In this document: positions 16,101 to 29,500 of the stretch, one piece after another
Numbering within the stretch: position 1 is the first letter of the stretch
How the letters are laid out: every line of letters starts with the position of its first letter
From: Trichoplax adhaerens
Taxonomy: Eukaryota > Animalia > Placozoa
Direction of reading: 5' to 3'
NCBI RefSeq assembly: GCF_000150275.1
Contig: NW_002060969.1
Span: 558,001-622,000 of the forward strand
Length of the DNA stretch: 64,000 nucleotides
Made by a program: the position numbers and the translations under genes
The notes under the pieces: generated by a model
The model's input: only the letters and a program-made list of their open reading frames with translations
Told to the model about the DNA's origin: nothing
The model's database searches: none

Positions 16101-16367
16101 TATCAAGTTTACTTTGAACTTACAGTTGTATATCTTATCAGCCTGATATGTTCCTGGATTATTTTCAATTATTATACTGTAGCCGTTGTCTCCAGGTGTT
16201 CGCTTAACATTCTCTCCGTGATTAGGTATTCGACTACAATCTCGATCAGGAATCCCGTTTGGAAAACAGATAGCTGGACAAGGGTTAAGGATTAACGATA
16301 GAAAAAGTAGATGCAAAATTTTGGATGGCGGATAGAAATAACCCAAATATAAGATAGTCGTAACCAT
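7199..16367 (-). CDS. SPON1: F-spondin / spondin-1-like ECM protein: signal peptide, Reeler domain, Spondin_N domain, six TSP1 repeats
   Basis: Exon 16124-16367 has a signal peptide and CSRIPNHG...PGDNGY. Exon ~12440-12674 is Reeler (TFRGY...WIAPKNGSGCIIFR). Spondin_N motifs are CCACGPATYSMKFKGIWNKETHPKDFP and SPSPDWFVG...LDAGTDDGISYTSPN. Six WxxWxxC TSP1 exons lie at ~8719-8895, 8396-8553, 8051-8220, 7777-7945, 7544-7712 and 7199-7376. Confidence 0.9.
14071..14300. repeat. Diverged tandem duplication, 2 copies of ~115 bp, in spondin intron 1
   Basis: ccacctttaccttt(g/a)caaat(a/g)gca(g/a)aatatctcat...ttaacattaattttt...ttgttagtt starts at 14071 and again at 14186. Confidence 0.8.
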
Positions 16368-19300
16368 AACTATTACGAGTATATTTAGGTAGACAACCGG
16401 TATGCACTTGCATGAAAGTTTAATTCAACGGCAGCTTAATGACAATTTTAGGAGTGAAAATAGTTTGTAATGCAAGTCAAGACAATACCATAAAGTAATA
16501 TTTGCCAGGGAAAGCTATAGCTATTATATTCTACTCTTGTTTTTTTAGCGCTAGTTGGCCCGAGCCACTACGATGCTCATATTAAGCTTAAAATGCTTAG
16601 TACAATCACGATGATCCTATATTCTTCACTCTAGCGGCAAACGTTACACTCGTCACTATACTTTAATCAGGGTATTTTTCAATCTAGTAAAAATAATACG
16701 TAATATTACAGTGTGAGTCTTCTATCTTATTATCGTAATTAATGGTAAACTGTAAGAATACTTAACATTGGCCATGTAGCTAGGATTAATTTTCTGCATA
16801 ATATATACTTTACATCATCCAATCAGAATAATCTTTCATCTAAACAAAATAGATCGAATGCTGTGTACATGTCGTATGCATGAATTGATCACAAATTCAG
16901 TTCTCCAACTGGGAGTAGTTAGTTGCTAACAATTATCGGACTCATTTGATAAACATATTTAAGAAAACAATATACAAATATTATAATAATGGGATGACTA
17001 AATACTGATACTTTAAAATTTGGTCATGTTTAACCTTTTCTGATGGATTATAAAATAGAAGCAAATATTAATATAGACTACGCGTATATTATGAATAATC
17101 ATCCTGTAGCGCCATCAAGTTCTAAATATTTCAGTCAAGTATTCAAAAGTGATGCTAACATTATAATTTTGCTATCAATTTTCCTGCTTGTAAATCAAGT
17201 ACAATAAATTTTGATGCACATTTTGACATATGCACCTTGGCATATACATAAGAACAGGCACTCTTTGTACCATTACATTTCAGCCTATATGATACATCAA
17301 GAATAAAATTTTTATTACGACGACATCGTTAACAATATCGACTTAGTAGTAAGCCAGATTTAACTGTTACACGAGTTAAATCATTAAAAATATACTAAAT
17401 GTAAAATTAGAGTCTTCTAATTGTCACGGTACGAACTACCGTGAAGAAATAGCTATCTAAATTTGGTTAATATATTATAGTGATAATATATTACAACTAG
17501 TTACTTACAATAGGAATTACTCTAATTATAAATGTGTTACAGTAAATTTAATGCTGTGCTGTAATGTGCACTAAAATGATTCTGTGAATGGACATATTGT
17601 AGTCCGACTGTGAAGAATTAGTTAGTAGATGTTCTCACCTAAGTATTTTTATAAGATGACTTGTGAATGTTAGCTACTGTAGAAGGGTATATAAGCCCGT
17701 CAGATAGTTGAATAAAGCAGTTCTCAATTGTCTAGTCGAGTTTAACGTAGAATCAAAGGCATCTAAATTCTTGTGAGGTAGTTAAGGGATACTGAATTCC
17801 GGAAGAATAGTAATATAGAGATTTGTTTTACGTTATCCTTGTCACGAAGCTGGTTTGTGACACTAATACAACGATAAAAATTGATTAGGCTGTACTTTTT
17901 TTATTAGTGCGTTAGCACACCACAGTTATCCTAAAATATTGTTCAATTTTATAATGAATCATAGTTACTAATGGAATTTGTTACGATATGAAAGAATTCA
18001 TTGGAGAATGAGAACATTTGGATACCAAATACATACTTAATCGTTTATAGGCTATCCCGATCTGTCATTACATCCTCTTTATTTGGTATACATTTAAACT
18101 GAATGTCGATTAATGTAAGATTTCATACTAAAAGTTATTTAATCATGACTTACATTTCATGATCATATTAAATAGATTTTATACACGATTGTAATCATAA
18201 AGAAAAATGTGTGAATAAAAACTAGCTTGAAGACGTAAGTTAACTCAGCTTTGATGTAATTCCTATTACAGCAATGACGAATATAGCACGAAGATGCGTA
18301 CATTCAAAAATATCAATTCTAGCCAAAGCACAATTTATACCAATACACTGATATCATGTGAACATTGCAAAGAACTAAAATTTTTAATAGAACACAAATA
18401 AGCATATCACTGAATTCAATAAAAAATTATAGGGAAATTTTGAAAATGATTGATCGATAAAATTATTGAGTATCTTTAAACTAGCATGACCGGAAAAATA
18501 CTTCGTGAGTGCATCGAGTTAGGAAGTTGCTTTTATTAGATTTATAGCTCCTTAAACACCGATCTATTTTCCCACAAGGCCTCGCGGGTAGTGAAGTAGA
18601 CTCTTTACATACCTAACTAGAGCATACATTACTGTACCAAGCATAGGGTGCTATCATGTATTAATTTAATCACTGATTACGGTATAACTAGAGTATACAA
18701 TCTTATACTAAAAATGCACCTCTGATTATGATTACTCTAAATTTAAAGTAAATTTCAAATACTTTACAACATCTACGACATAAATAGACGTAGAATTATT
18801 AGATAGAGATATACTCCTGCAGTTGCATTTGGCCAATGTGCAAGTGTCATTAAATGATGTTGGAGTTACTACTTGAATAGACTTGGGAATGTAATGATTT
18901 CATAGTCGTTCTCGAATTGCAATAACTCTTTGCCGTAATAAAGTATTTCAGGAATTTTTTATGTAACCTTTCAAGTCTGATGTTTTTGAATTAGCATTTT
19001 ATTAATAAATGAATTTAATTGTAAATACAATATGAGCTATTTCATGTAAGCTTTGGCGGATGTACTTTAATCTTCATTTAAAGAAGGCCCTATACTATGC
19101 TGTCACACTGTAAAGGCTAAAATGTGATACTGCAATTAAATGTTCACAAATACAAAATTTATTTCGTTAGAATGCCTGCATTGATAAGCTAAACATTTTC
19201 CCAGCAGGACAGAAAAGAGTCATTAAAGAATAAACAAAAAATATAGCATTACAATATTTTAAATGCAGTTTACAGTTAATGCGGGATAGTGTACAGCTAT

Positions 19301-19472
19301 TTTATAGATAAGATTCGTAACTAGTCATTACCGCTACTTGACACAGCTTCAATAAAATAATTCAAATTTTTCACATGGCAAGATCTAATCTTACACAATC
19401 CACTGATCAAAAAGTTTTTGGTGGACTTAGTATCAGATCATAATAATATCCTCAACTTTAAACATTGCTTAA

Positions 19473-22400
19473 TCAAAGAATACAATATTCCTTTAGAAGA
19501 TCTCGAGATATTAGCATTCGCATAATTTCATTCGTACCTAAGTTTCATTCAATTGACAAGTTTAAGACGCGGCAAAACTCAAAACTTCGATTATAAGGTG
19601 TCTTACCTTCTAAAATTGTATGAACTCTTGCGTCACGCATGAACTGATGTACACCATATTCATTTAAGTATCCATAGCCACCGTGCATTTGTATAGCATC
19701 ATTGCATATCTAAAGGAAGTAATATCTTAGAATTTCAGCTTACATTATTTAGCTTCTATTGAAAAGAAGGTAATAAGCAATTCAAAAGGCAACTAGAATT
19801 TTTTCTATACTTAATAGTAGGTCACGTAAAATTTGGCACCTTAAAACACTTTTCCGTTGCAAATAATTTAGCCATAGAACATAAAGACACAAGATCTGGA
19901 GAACCGGCGTCAAGTGCTCTGGCAGCATTGCGTACCATCAACCGTGAAGCTACGAGGTCAGTTGCCATTTCCGCTAGCCTGAATTGCAAGTACTATCAAG
20001 CAGTAATACGTATCAACACAACGGGTGCTCTAAACTGATATTTCTAATTACAGGAATTTTAATTAACCTGGTTACTAGCTAGAGGTCTTCCAAATTGCTT
20101 GCGTACGGCTAAGTGCTCCAATGACATTTCCAGTGTAGCTTGAGCAGCTCCCAGTGAACAAGACGCTATAAATATCAATTCAAAACAACACTTAGGAGGA
20201 ATATATAGAAAGGTCACAGCTAGTACTGTAGCAAACATAGCCATACCATACCGATACTAACACGACCCCCATTGAGTCCATGCATGGCAATATTAAATCC
20301 CTAAGCGATAAAGATTTACGATGTAAATCAGAAGTTGTATGATTGCAGCAGTATTAACATATGATTAATATTACTTACAAGCATACACTATATAAGTAGC
20401 ATCACAGAACTACAAGTTTTCTTACCTGTCCTTCTTGTCCAATAAGGTTCTTCTTAGGTACTCGACAATCTTCGAACATGATGGCATGAGTCGGCTGTGT
20501 TTTCCAGCCAAGCTATTTATTATATTAATCGTTAATTCGTGATTCGCGATAAATAACAGGAACTCAAAAACAATTGGAACAAAGTCATGTATTCGTTATG
20601 AAGGCTCATAATCTACGACTATAGTTCGTAAATGGAAATTCTAGCAAAGACAACATGTTTCTAGATGAATGATTAAAACCACTAATTAATTACTCACTTT
20701 TTTTTCGTTTTTGCCGAGGTTAATTCCAGGGGTTTCATTTTCTATCACTACGCATGATATCCCTTTTGAGCCTAATATATTTTTTAAATACGATCTATAA
20801 GTAATTTAGTTCAATACATTTATAGACTAACTCAAGTTAGCTTAAATATCGTAAATGAACTTTCTAATACATACGAATATTACCTTACCTGATTGACCAG
20901 TTCTAACCATTACAACATAGCAGTGACTTTCACCACTTATAAACATCTAAATGTAGATTGTCATTTATTTGCAGTAAATTGAGATCGATTAGTATTAGAA
21001 CGCTGAGGCATAATAGATTTTGAAGTAGCTAATATGCCGATTATTATTTAGCAAAGCTCCTTTGATCTAGATATTAGATTTATTTATACACCTTGGAACC
21101 ATTAATAATATAATGATCTCCGTCAGATTTCGCTGTAGTTATTAGCGAGGCGGCATCACTCCCACTCCCAGGTTCGGTTAGACAATAAGAGGCCCGTTTC
21201 TTGAAAAAAAATAAAGATTTAACATCTAAAGTAATCACCAGACAGAAATATTTTTAACACAATAAGGCTTCATAACTTTTCGCTCCAATCTTAACATTAC
21301 CCGAAAACTGGTTAAGTCAGGAAGCCACCTCTCCCTTTGCTTTTGGTTTCCAAATTTATCAATCATCCAACAACACATACTACAAATAAAGTGAAAATTA
21401 AAAATTAAAGTTCGAAACAAGAGCGACCATGCATTTGACTCGTGACTTACAAACGCATCTATCAAACATTTTTAAGTATTTACGAATTGATTCGGTCTCA
21501 TATATATTGTAACAAGATTAGATTGGCAACATTTTGCAATGCTGTCAATGTGAATAAGAATTTTCTAAGTATCATAATTTTAAAATTAAATCGAACTGGA
21601 ATATTAACGAGTGTTACAAATTGAGTGCTACTTGTGAATAGTAATATAAGCGGTAGTTGAGGTACAGCCAGATGCCAGGGCCTCAGCAACTATAGATGAA
21701 TCTACTCTCGATAAACCAGTACCACCAATATCTTCACGGCAATACATGCCTATAAATAAAAAGCATAACGAAAATTATATTCTAAACAAATAAGATATTC
21801 TAGTATTCCTGTAACCCTGTCCGTAAATCTACACGAGAACAAGATAGATTCGCGTAGCTTGCAACAGATTTACCTCCAAATCCTAAAGAACCAGCCTTTT
21901 GAATGGTAGAGATAGGGAAAATCTCCTACGAATTTAAAATCAAGTCAACACGGAAAGCAATAATAGTGGTTAAGTGTATTCAACGATGATTATATATCAT
22001 TATTAACATTATAAATATGATATGACTTTAGGTTCATACGTGTAATAGGTCATAACAAATACAGTACATTCATATCGCAGTTAAATCGAACAATTTGCAA
22101 GTACTGCTAGGAAGGCTATATTAAATAAACGGCTGATTTCATGTTCAAATAATACTTAGTAAAGGCTGTACCATTATTTCTCATCCGCAAGTGTAAACTT
22201 TAGTTGTACTGTACTTTAGTGCATACTTAAGCACGAACTTCTCTCTTTAAAATTATATAAATTACCTCTGTAAACTGTTAACAGATGAATTATATTATTG
22301 TAACAATGGTAATAGCTCTTAAAGTATGACTACAGTTCTTAAACTATAAAGTTCGAAAATACAATAATACTTTACTGTACGGTATGCTTCGCTAAAGTCT

Positions 22401-23428
22401 GCATCATAAATTACAGTCTCGCGAGGATACTGCACAAATTGAGGAGATTATTGCAATAAGAATAATATGCTCGTATGACTATTACGAATGATGGAACAAC
22501 TTACATTTTCATCCCAGTTTTTACGATTCGGTACCATTTCATTTTTCGCAAAATCTTGCGCGACACGTTGCAATTCCTTTTGTTCCGGGGTTAGTCCAGA
22601 CGAAGCTGGCGATTTGATTAAGTTTGTTAAATTTTTTTTGAAACGAAGAGCGTTCACTATTATATTTTTGTAAAGCTGAGTACTATACAGCGTTTGAACA
22701 TCTCTAGATATCGACTACAAATTGTGATGTACATTCAATGACAATATACTGTATCATCTTAACATGATACAGCATATAACATAAAGTACAGTATGTGCAA
22801 TTGTGCATGCTGTACTGTTCAGTATACGATGCTGTAACTTATTACTGCATTGTACAGTATACTGTATTATTCTTGCATGCTATAGCATCATTAATCAAAC
22901 GGCTTGAAGACAGCAACTGAACTGAATGTCAGTACACCTCATGCACGTATGCTACCGTTTAGTCTCATAATGACAAGGTAATGACAATTATAGCGTAGAG
23001 AAAATTAATTGAGCGTAAGAAGTTACGACTGCTGCAAGTTTTGTAGACTATTGCACAGTATACTGTACATAGTGGTAATCATTTTGTACTGTACATTTGT
23101 CCAAATGTCAGAGTGCAGTGGTAACAGACTGTACTGCACTGTTTGTACGTACTTTGCATGATTGCAATTTGAATCGTTGAGTACTGTATCAGGCAACACG
23201 CAACATTAATTCAATCAATAAGTTGTTAAGGTAATCAAGCCGTCGCCTTTAACAATCTACGGGATCAATACAATATGACGACAAGAATATAGAAAACTTA
23301 CGATCAGCACACAGCGCAATTTTCCGATGCTGTTGTTCGGGTCTTAATCTTACGTATGCGTTGTAGTAGAGAAGATATTTAGCTCTAGAATTTTCGAATC
23401 TTCTCATAGCTGTTAAAGCCATTGTCAT
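19473..23428 (-). CDS. ACAD8: Isobutyryl-CoA dehydrogenase, mitochondrial (acyl-CoA dehydrogenase family); multi-exon
   Basis: Exon 1 (23302-23428, basic targeting-peptide-like, ...HRKIALCAD) splices to [26 protein letters not shown]. Later exons give [56 protein letters not shown] and [17 protein letters not shown] (catalytic Glu). Stop at 19473-19475. Confidence 0.9.
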
Positions 23429-23514
23429 CACATTTAATCGACGGACGATATCGAAAAACAGATGTAGGTAACTGCTAGTGAGAAAGTGAGATGTGACAGC
23501 TATAAAGTAAAAAG

Positions 23515-23710
23515 TACAGTACTTACTTTACAGTACTGTACAGTACAGTACAGTGCTGTACAGTAGAGGTCATCAAGGTTTACAGTACTGTACTGTATTG
23601 TACTGTATAATACAGTACTGTACGGTGGCACAGAAGGCTCAGATGGTGACGGTAAAAATAGCACGTAGTGTACAGTACTGTATACTCACTGTACAGTACT
23701 GTACAGTGCG
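23515..23710. repeat. TACAG/CTGTA pentamer palindromic array upstream of ACAD8
   Basis: tacagtactgtacagtacagtacagtgctgtacagta..., with several TACAGTACTGTA palindromes. Confidence 0.8.
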
Positions 23711-23989
23711 AAGGCAATGACACTGACAACATTGACATAAAAACTGCGTACGAAAACATTAATAATAACTAATTATATATATATATATAAATAATATAAT
23801 ATATACATACGTTATATATATGACAATATATATACAGTATATATGATGCCGCCAATTTGACATTATTGACGGTGTACGCAATGATAATTATAATGACGGC
23901 AATGACATTATCAACGGTGCACGCGCAAATGCGCGTTGATAGTTGTTACCAAATAATTTTACCAGAAAAGTTCATAAAACATGTAAGAA

Positions 23990-24325
23990 ATTACGCAACT
24001 GGAACGAGAAATCATAAAATATTACTTTCACTTAGGATATGAGAATGAAGTAATCGTCCAGTTCTTGAATAATGCATGGTATAACAATTAGTTTTAAGTA
24101 CCCTCAAACGACGAATACGAGAATTTGGATTAAGAAGGCACACTTACGTTAATGAAACTTATTTAAGGGATGCCATTAGAAATGAAATGCAGGGTTCCGG
24201 TAGGTCGATAGGGTATAGAACTGTATGGCATTCCCTAAGATTACGACAACATTTACATTTACCGAGAAGTACGGTAGCCAAAATCATTCGCGAAATTGAT
24301 CCTGAAGGAGTTGCAACTAGACTTT
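23990..24325 (+). mobile_element. Degenerate, truncated 5' part of a DDE transposase/integrase gene (eukaryotic IS3/IS481-like, IS3EU-type)
   Basis: With two 1-nt frameshifts the region reads LEREIIKYYFHLGYENEVIVQFLNN/HGITIS/LSTLKRRIREFGLRR...RNEMQGSGRSIGYRTVWHSLRLRQHLHLPRSTVAKIIREIDPEGVATR. These are the HTH-type N-terminal motifs of integrase-core proteins widespread in invertebrate genomes. The catalytic core is absent. Confidence 0.7.
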
Positions 24326-25318
24326 CCAGCCGTACCGTAAACGTGAAGTCATGGACTACTACTATTGCGATAAATCACTGATTTAATAAGGGGTTAGGAT
24401 GGAAAGCGTGCAGAGTTCTACAAGTTTCGGCTGCAAGCCGTTGACCCATAGAATGACTTATATGTGTACTTCACACTTCACAGAATCGTTAGTAACATCA
24501 CAGAAATTATTATTCGTCCGAGGAATAATTTCATCTTATAATATCACTAAAATTGCAAACTGCTGGGCTCGATAGAATTGGAAGAGCCATAGGAGTTACT
24601 ATTATACTCTTAATACAGCTTACGGCGCGATAAAATATTTCGTGTACGTTCAGTTCTTTAATTCTTAACGTTTATGATGGGTGTGACATGATAAAGTAGT
24701 AATAGGCAGTACAAATAAACGCCATGATCAGAATGTACAGTAGAACATCAATCAATATATCAAAGCTCTTAATCGTATGGCATAGTGTGGGGTTCGGCTA
24801 GTCATAAATGTGAATAAATTCACACGAAGCAAAGGTATACTGTACAGTTTGCACCCTATAGTAGTTATTACTGAATTAACAGCTCGTCCGAACCAATACA
24901 AAGCGAATTAGTATGTCATCATTATTAATAATTAATTTAAGTAATAACGGTAATATATTACTTAATTTCACATGTGCAATAAGTGTAAATCACTTACTAA
25001 TTATTGCTTTGGAAATCATGGTACTGTGAAGTTTAAACTAGGACTAATTCAAATACCTGAATTACGATAGAATTGATAAAGGGAAAAATAAAATGAAAAA
25101 TAAAAAGATCGTCAAATCAAAACTTTTCTAGCTGTCTATGATCAAAATCAAGACCTTGTAAGTGATATGATAATTGTGCAGTTATTAAAATTAAAACTCT
25201 GGCTACCGTACCTTTCCATAATACTAACAAATCGATTTAAGAATGAACGAGTATTCGAAAATTTAACATTGAGACAGAGTTAGATGATCAAATTCAAACG
25301 TAACAGTCTAATACACAA

Positions 25319-26571
25319 TTATTCAATATTTGCATTTTCTTTCAGCCAGGCCACAAATTTACTGATATCAGTGAAAACAGTAAAATCTTTTACCGGGCCA
25401 CATCCTAAAAGACGTAAGAATGAATCAAATTTAAATCTATTGCAATTATAGTTATGATTTTACTCTCTGAATGTGATGTACCGTTAAAACCCTATCTCCT
25501 GCAAGCAGGTATTATACTTTCTGCTTAAATTAAAACTGTTGACACTGAAGATTTTGTTGCTCTGACCTTGTCCCCAAAATACGATACCACTTAACACTGC
25601 ATAGTCACTTCCAGGCTGACGACAAATTAATGGGCTACCACTATCACCGTGACATACATCAGTCATAGTATCTAACATTCTAGCACAAGCCATCGTTGAA
25701 GAAATAGCTCCGTTATAAAAATTACTTCCGTTACATATATGAGAATCTATCGTTCTGATTTGTAAAGATCTCAGTCTTGAATTACTACGCTCATAGAAAC
25801 TCCATCCTGATATTAAACATGGGTATCCATTGAAGAAATGAATACTGTCTTCTGCGATGCAAATAGGACTTACATATTCATTAATTTTTGCATCATTTTC
25901 CAATTCTATAAGAGCCATATCATATGAGAAAGTTCGAAAGTCGAATTCAGGATGAACTGTTCTTTAAAGATATCGAAATTGGTAAATAAAAATCGTAAAT
26001 ACTTATATGAATGTAGTAACAAATGATATTTACACTTATATCACTTACATCTCTATTATTAATCGTGAGAACTTGTATTGTACTGTATTCATAATTGGAA
26101 TTATTTACTTACATCTTTGAAATTTTAAGCGACTGCTGATTTTCAGTAGATCGAAACAAATCAGTTATTCCTAATTTTATTTTAATACTATTAGATGGCA
26201 TCCATGTAGGTAGACAATGCGCAGCAGTAACGATCCATTTAGGAGCAATCAAGGCACCGCTACAAAAAGGAGACTCTTTAAAGAAAAAAACTGCTTGCCA
26301 TGGTAGGAAATACGGATCAACGACATCAGTTCCAATTTGATCATTAGATATTGATCTCAAAACCTTCATGGGCAGCTTATTGCATCTGGTTTTGCTTTCT
26401 TAACTCGACAGCAAAAAATAAAGTAAGGTAAATTGTTCAGAAAGGAAAATTATGATTTTCATATAGACCAAGATATCGTGCATGATTAGTACTGATGGTC
26501 TCACCTGTAATTGTAGCCATAAAACTAATTAAATAAAAAGTTATACATGCTTTGGAAAGTTTGGAGACCAT
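25319..26571 (-). CDS. Secreted S1A (trypsin-family) serine protease with atypical activation site
   Basis: Signal peptide MVSKLSKACITFYLISFMATIT; PWQA...FCSGALIAPKWIVTAAHC (His); SYDMALIEL (Asp); DVCHGDSGSP (Ser, with Asp189 equivalent). Last exon is GCGPVKDFTVFTDISKFVAWLKENANIE*. Confidence 0.85.
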
Positions 26572-29500
26572 CTCTGATTCAGAGCAATCTGTCAGTAGTT
26601 TAAAACGAGAGAAGCAGTTGTTACAATGTGCATAACTAATAAATATAAGATGCCGCTGTCCATAAAATTAATCTACTTTGTGAGAGCTAAGGTATCTAAT
26701 GTCATACGTATTATATGCTAATTGCGTTAAGGACGCCTAAAAAGAAGGCTAATTTTAAATCATGAAATAGATACACGAGCAACCTATTGACTAAATAAAA
26801 AATTATTTGAACCACTTTTGGGTTGATCATCAAAAACATCGATGTTTTAAGGTATAGCTTATTGAAGCAATGAGAAATAGCAGACTGTACGATACACTTA
26901 ACATATATTTATTCATATGATAAAAAAAAAATTTAATTTTTAGCTTCATCATTTAATTCCAAAAAACTGAAGATCATATTTATATCAGTTGAGGGTACTT
27001 TATGGTCTCATGAATCTTGATGCAAGTGCGATATGACCCTTAAAAATTTTCTACATCTACGTCTGTGTGAGAAAAAATCGGTGGTAAATTTTACTAGTAT
27101 ATTAATCTAAATTATATAATCTTACCGACAAATAGCGGGTATGAGTGTAGTAAAATATTTTAAAATATATATTCTAGTAACAAGAAGTTAATAGCTTTCC
27201 CTTAGAACCCTTCAGCCGCTATATTATAATCATTGATCGCCTACAACTTCATGTAAAACTCCTCGACACTATATTTATCGTGACTACAATAGGAAAAGCA
27301 TGTTTTAAATATTTATTTGCGTATCAATTTGTAATGTGTTTCATATTAAAACAGTAAAAATTCCATTTTCACTAAGCTACTTTGTTGCCCCCATGCATGT
27401 GTATATAATAGTTTTTTTGAATCATAGATAGCTACTATAAATATTTGTTTGTAAGTAATTATAAGATTAAATTCATAGAATAAAGGGCTCTGCCTGATGG
27501 TCTTAAGTAAACATCATCTAGATTGTATTATTCTATTATATGCGTATGCCGTACAGTACCATAATTTTGGCGAACTTCAATATCCTCAGGTGGTATCGAG
27601 GAACATAACTTAAATGGCAATAATTCCTTTAAAATGGTATTTCAATCCGAGTTATCAATAGGAATATCATTTTTATAGGAATGAGTGCCGTTTATTAAAG
27701 TTACCTTCCACAATGGCGATTCAGATATCTTCAAAGCACCCAAACTGCAATAATTACAGGGGAATTGATCCTGTCGCTAATATAAATTCGCATGCACAGA
27801 TACCTGTGTTAATGTAAAAATTAGCAAATCATCTAGCGCTGTATAACCAACTGACTTATTTTTTTCTTCGCCAATTTGTTATGTTGCCGCTAAATATCAG
27901 TTATTAACTTCAGAATTTACACTACATATTAGCAGCGACTATCTTATTATAATCAGTCATTGAAATCAGCCGAAAACCATTACTTTCATCACACTTGTAG
28001 AATATATGGGGCTCCTCAAATTTGAAGTAATCACTAAAGTTTGATATTTGATTTTAAAGTTAATACGTGATTAAAATTTGCATCTTACAAATCAATTAGA
28101 GAAAGACAGATTAATTACATGAGGATTTAGTTAAGTTGTAATTAAGTTATATCGCTGAAGTTTGCTGAAGTTACGGTATTCTCACATCTGCATGCGTTTA
28201 TAGCGAAATTGTATCATCGCTACGGTGTGATTAGCACTCAAGTGTTAAAGTATGGAGTATCTAGCCTTTACGGTGTAATTCTTGTCAGCTTAGCGCCGCA
28301 TATTCCGTAGATATGCAAACGCTACACCCCGTTATATTACTTTTTTCTAGAGTAAAATGAATTACAGTAAACGAACGCCATAAGTTTTGCGCAAACCTCA
28401 ACTGATTAAATACTAAATGAAATGATCACGATTTAATATTGCTATGAACTAAGGTTAATATACTGTAAACAAATTAACAAAGTAATTTCAGGCGGTTTAA
28501 ATCCTTCCCAAATTAGATAGCAGTATTTAGTCGCTGCTTAGATATTATGTAGACACCACTTGTATTTAATCCTATTCGATATCAAGTATAAGTTAACATA
28601 CGTACGCATAATATATCACTAAGTAACAAATAGCTACGATATGAAATGCTGAAAATGTCAACTTTTATTAACTACGCGTATATGTTTTCTAATTTAATTT
28701 CTGTACAATGTTTATTATGATTATTCCTGACGATAGACACGTATATTACGGTATCTAAATCTAAATTGTAAGGCTATTTGTTATCTCAAGGGATGTCTTA
28801 AAAGCAAACAATCAATAAATTTACGGAACTGCAGCATGTGCATTATTATGATATCATAAAACCATAACGTCTTGCAATATTTAATTATACACTGCTATTC
28901 AAAATTGACAATTTTGAATAGCAATGAATTATCTATCACATCCCATATTTGAGATACATACCGTATGGTACGGTACTACATTCGAAGCACCATTTGAATA
29001 GATTAATGAAAATGACATAGATTTATGAAGTATTTGATATTGTTGCCATGATAATGACACAGTATCGGTTGCTATTCCATTTGCTCACAAATATTTAATA
29101 ATCATCGTAAGATTAAATCACAAGGACTTACACGCTCCCTCTGTACTATATATGCTTAAATTTCGATAAATGGAGAAAACATACTTGATTCTTATCTAAA
29201 TTATACTTCTTTGGAATTGATATACTATAGCTACTTTGTATCGACGAGCAGATGACATCAAATTGTCCATTATTTGTGCATAGTAAAAATTTGAACAGGA
29301 CGTCACCGATTATATTATATTAATTGCTTAGTTTATCTGCATTTTCTTATTTTTGAATTGATGATTGTGTTAATTAGTAAGCTGGTAACGCTGCATGTAC
29401 GTGCCTATTTTTCGCTCATTCCTAACTAGGGTTGATTCTATTCTTAGGAATAGCCGTAACATATATAGATAATATAATACGAGTTCATAACTCGCTGCTG

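Noticed and set aside
23249-23431. 60-aa ORF as a standalone gene
   Set aside because: It is exon 1 of ACAD8; the donor at 23301 joins it in frame to the next exon (CAD|PSSGL).
27528-27777. Minus-strand ~80-codon frame with one internal stop (RQDQFPCNYCSLGALK...)
   Set aside because: No recognisable family and no supporting neighbouring exons; cannot be supported as a pseudogene without a search.
28893-28923. Perfect 15-bp-arm palindrome (similar short ones at 58850-58867 and ~62605-62632)
   Set aside because: Isolated AT-rich palindromes with no associated context; not enough to call a feature.
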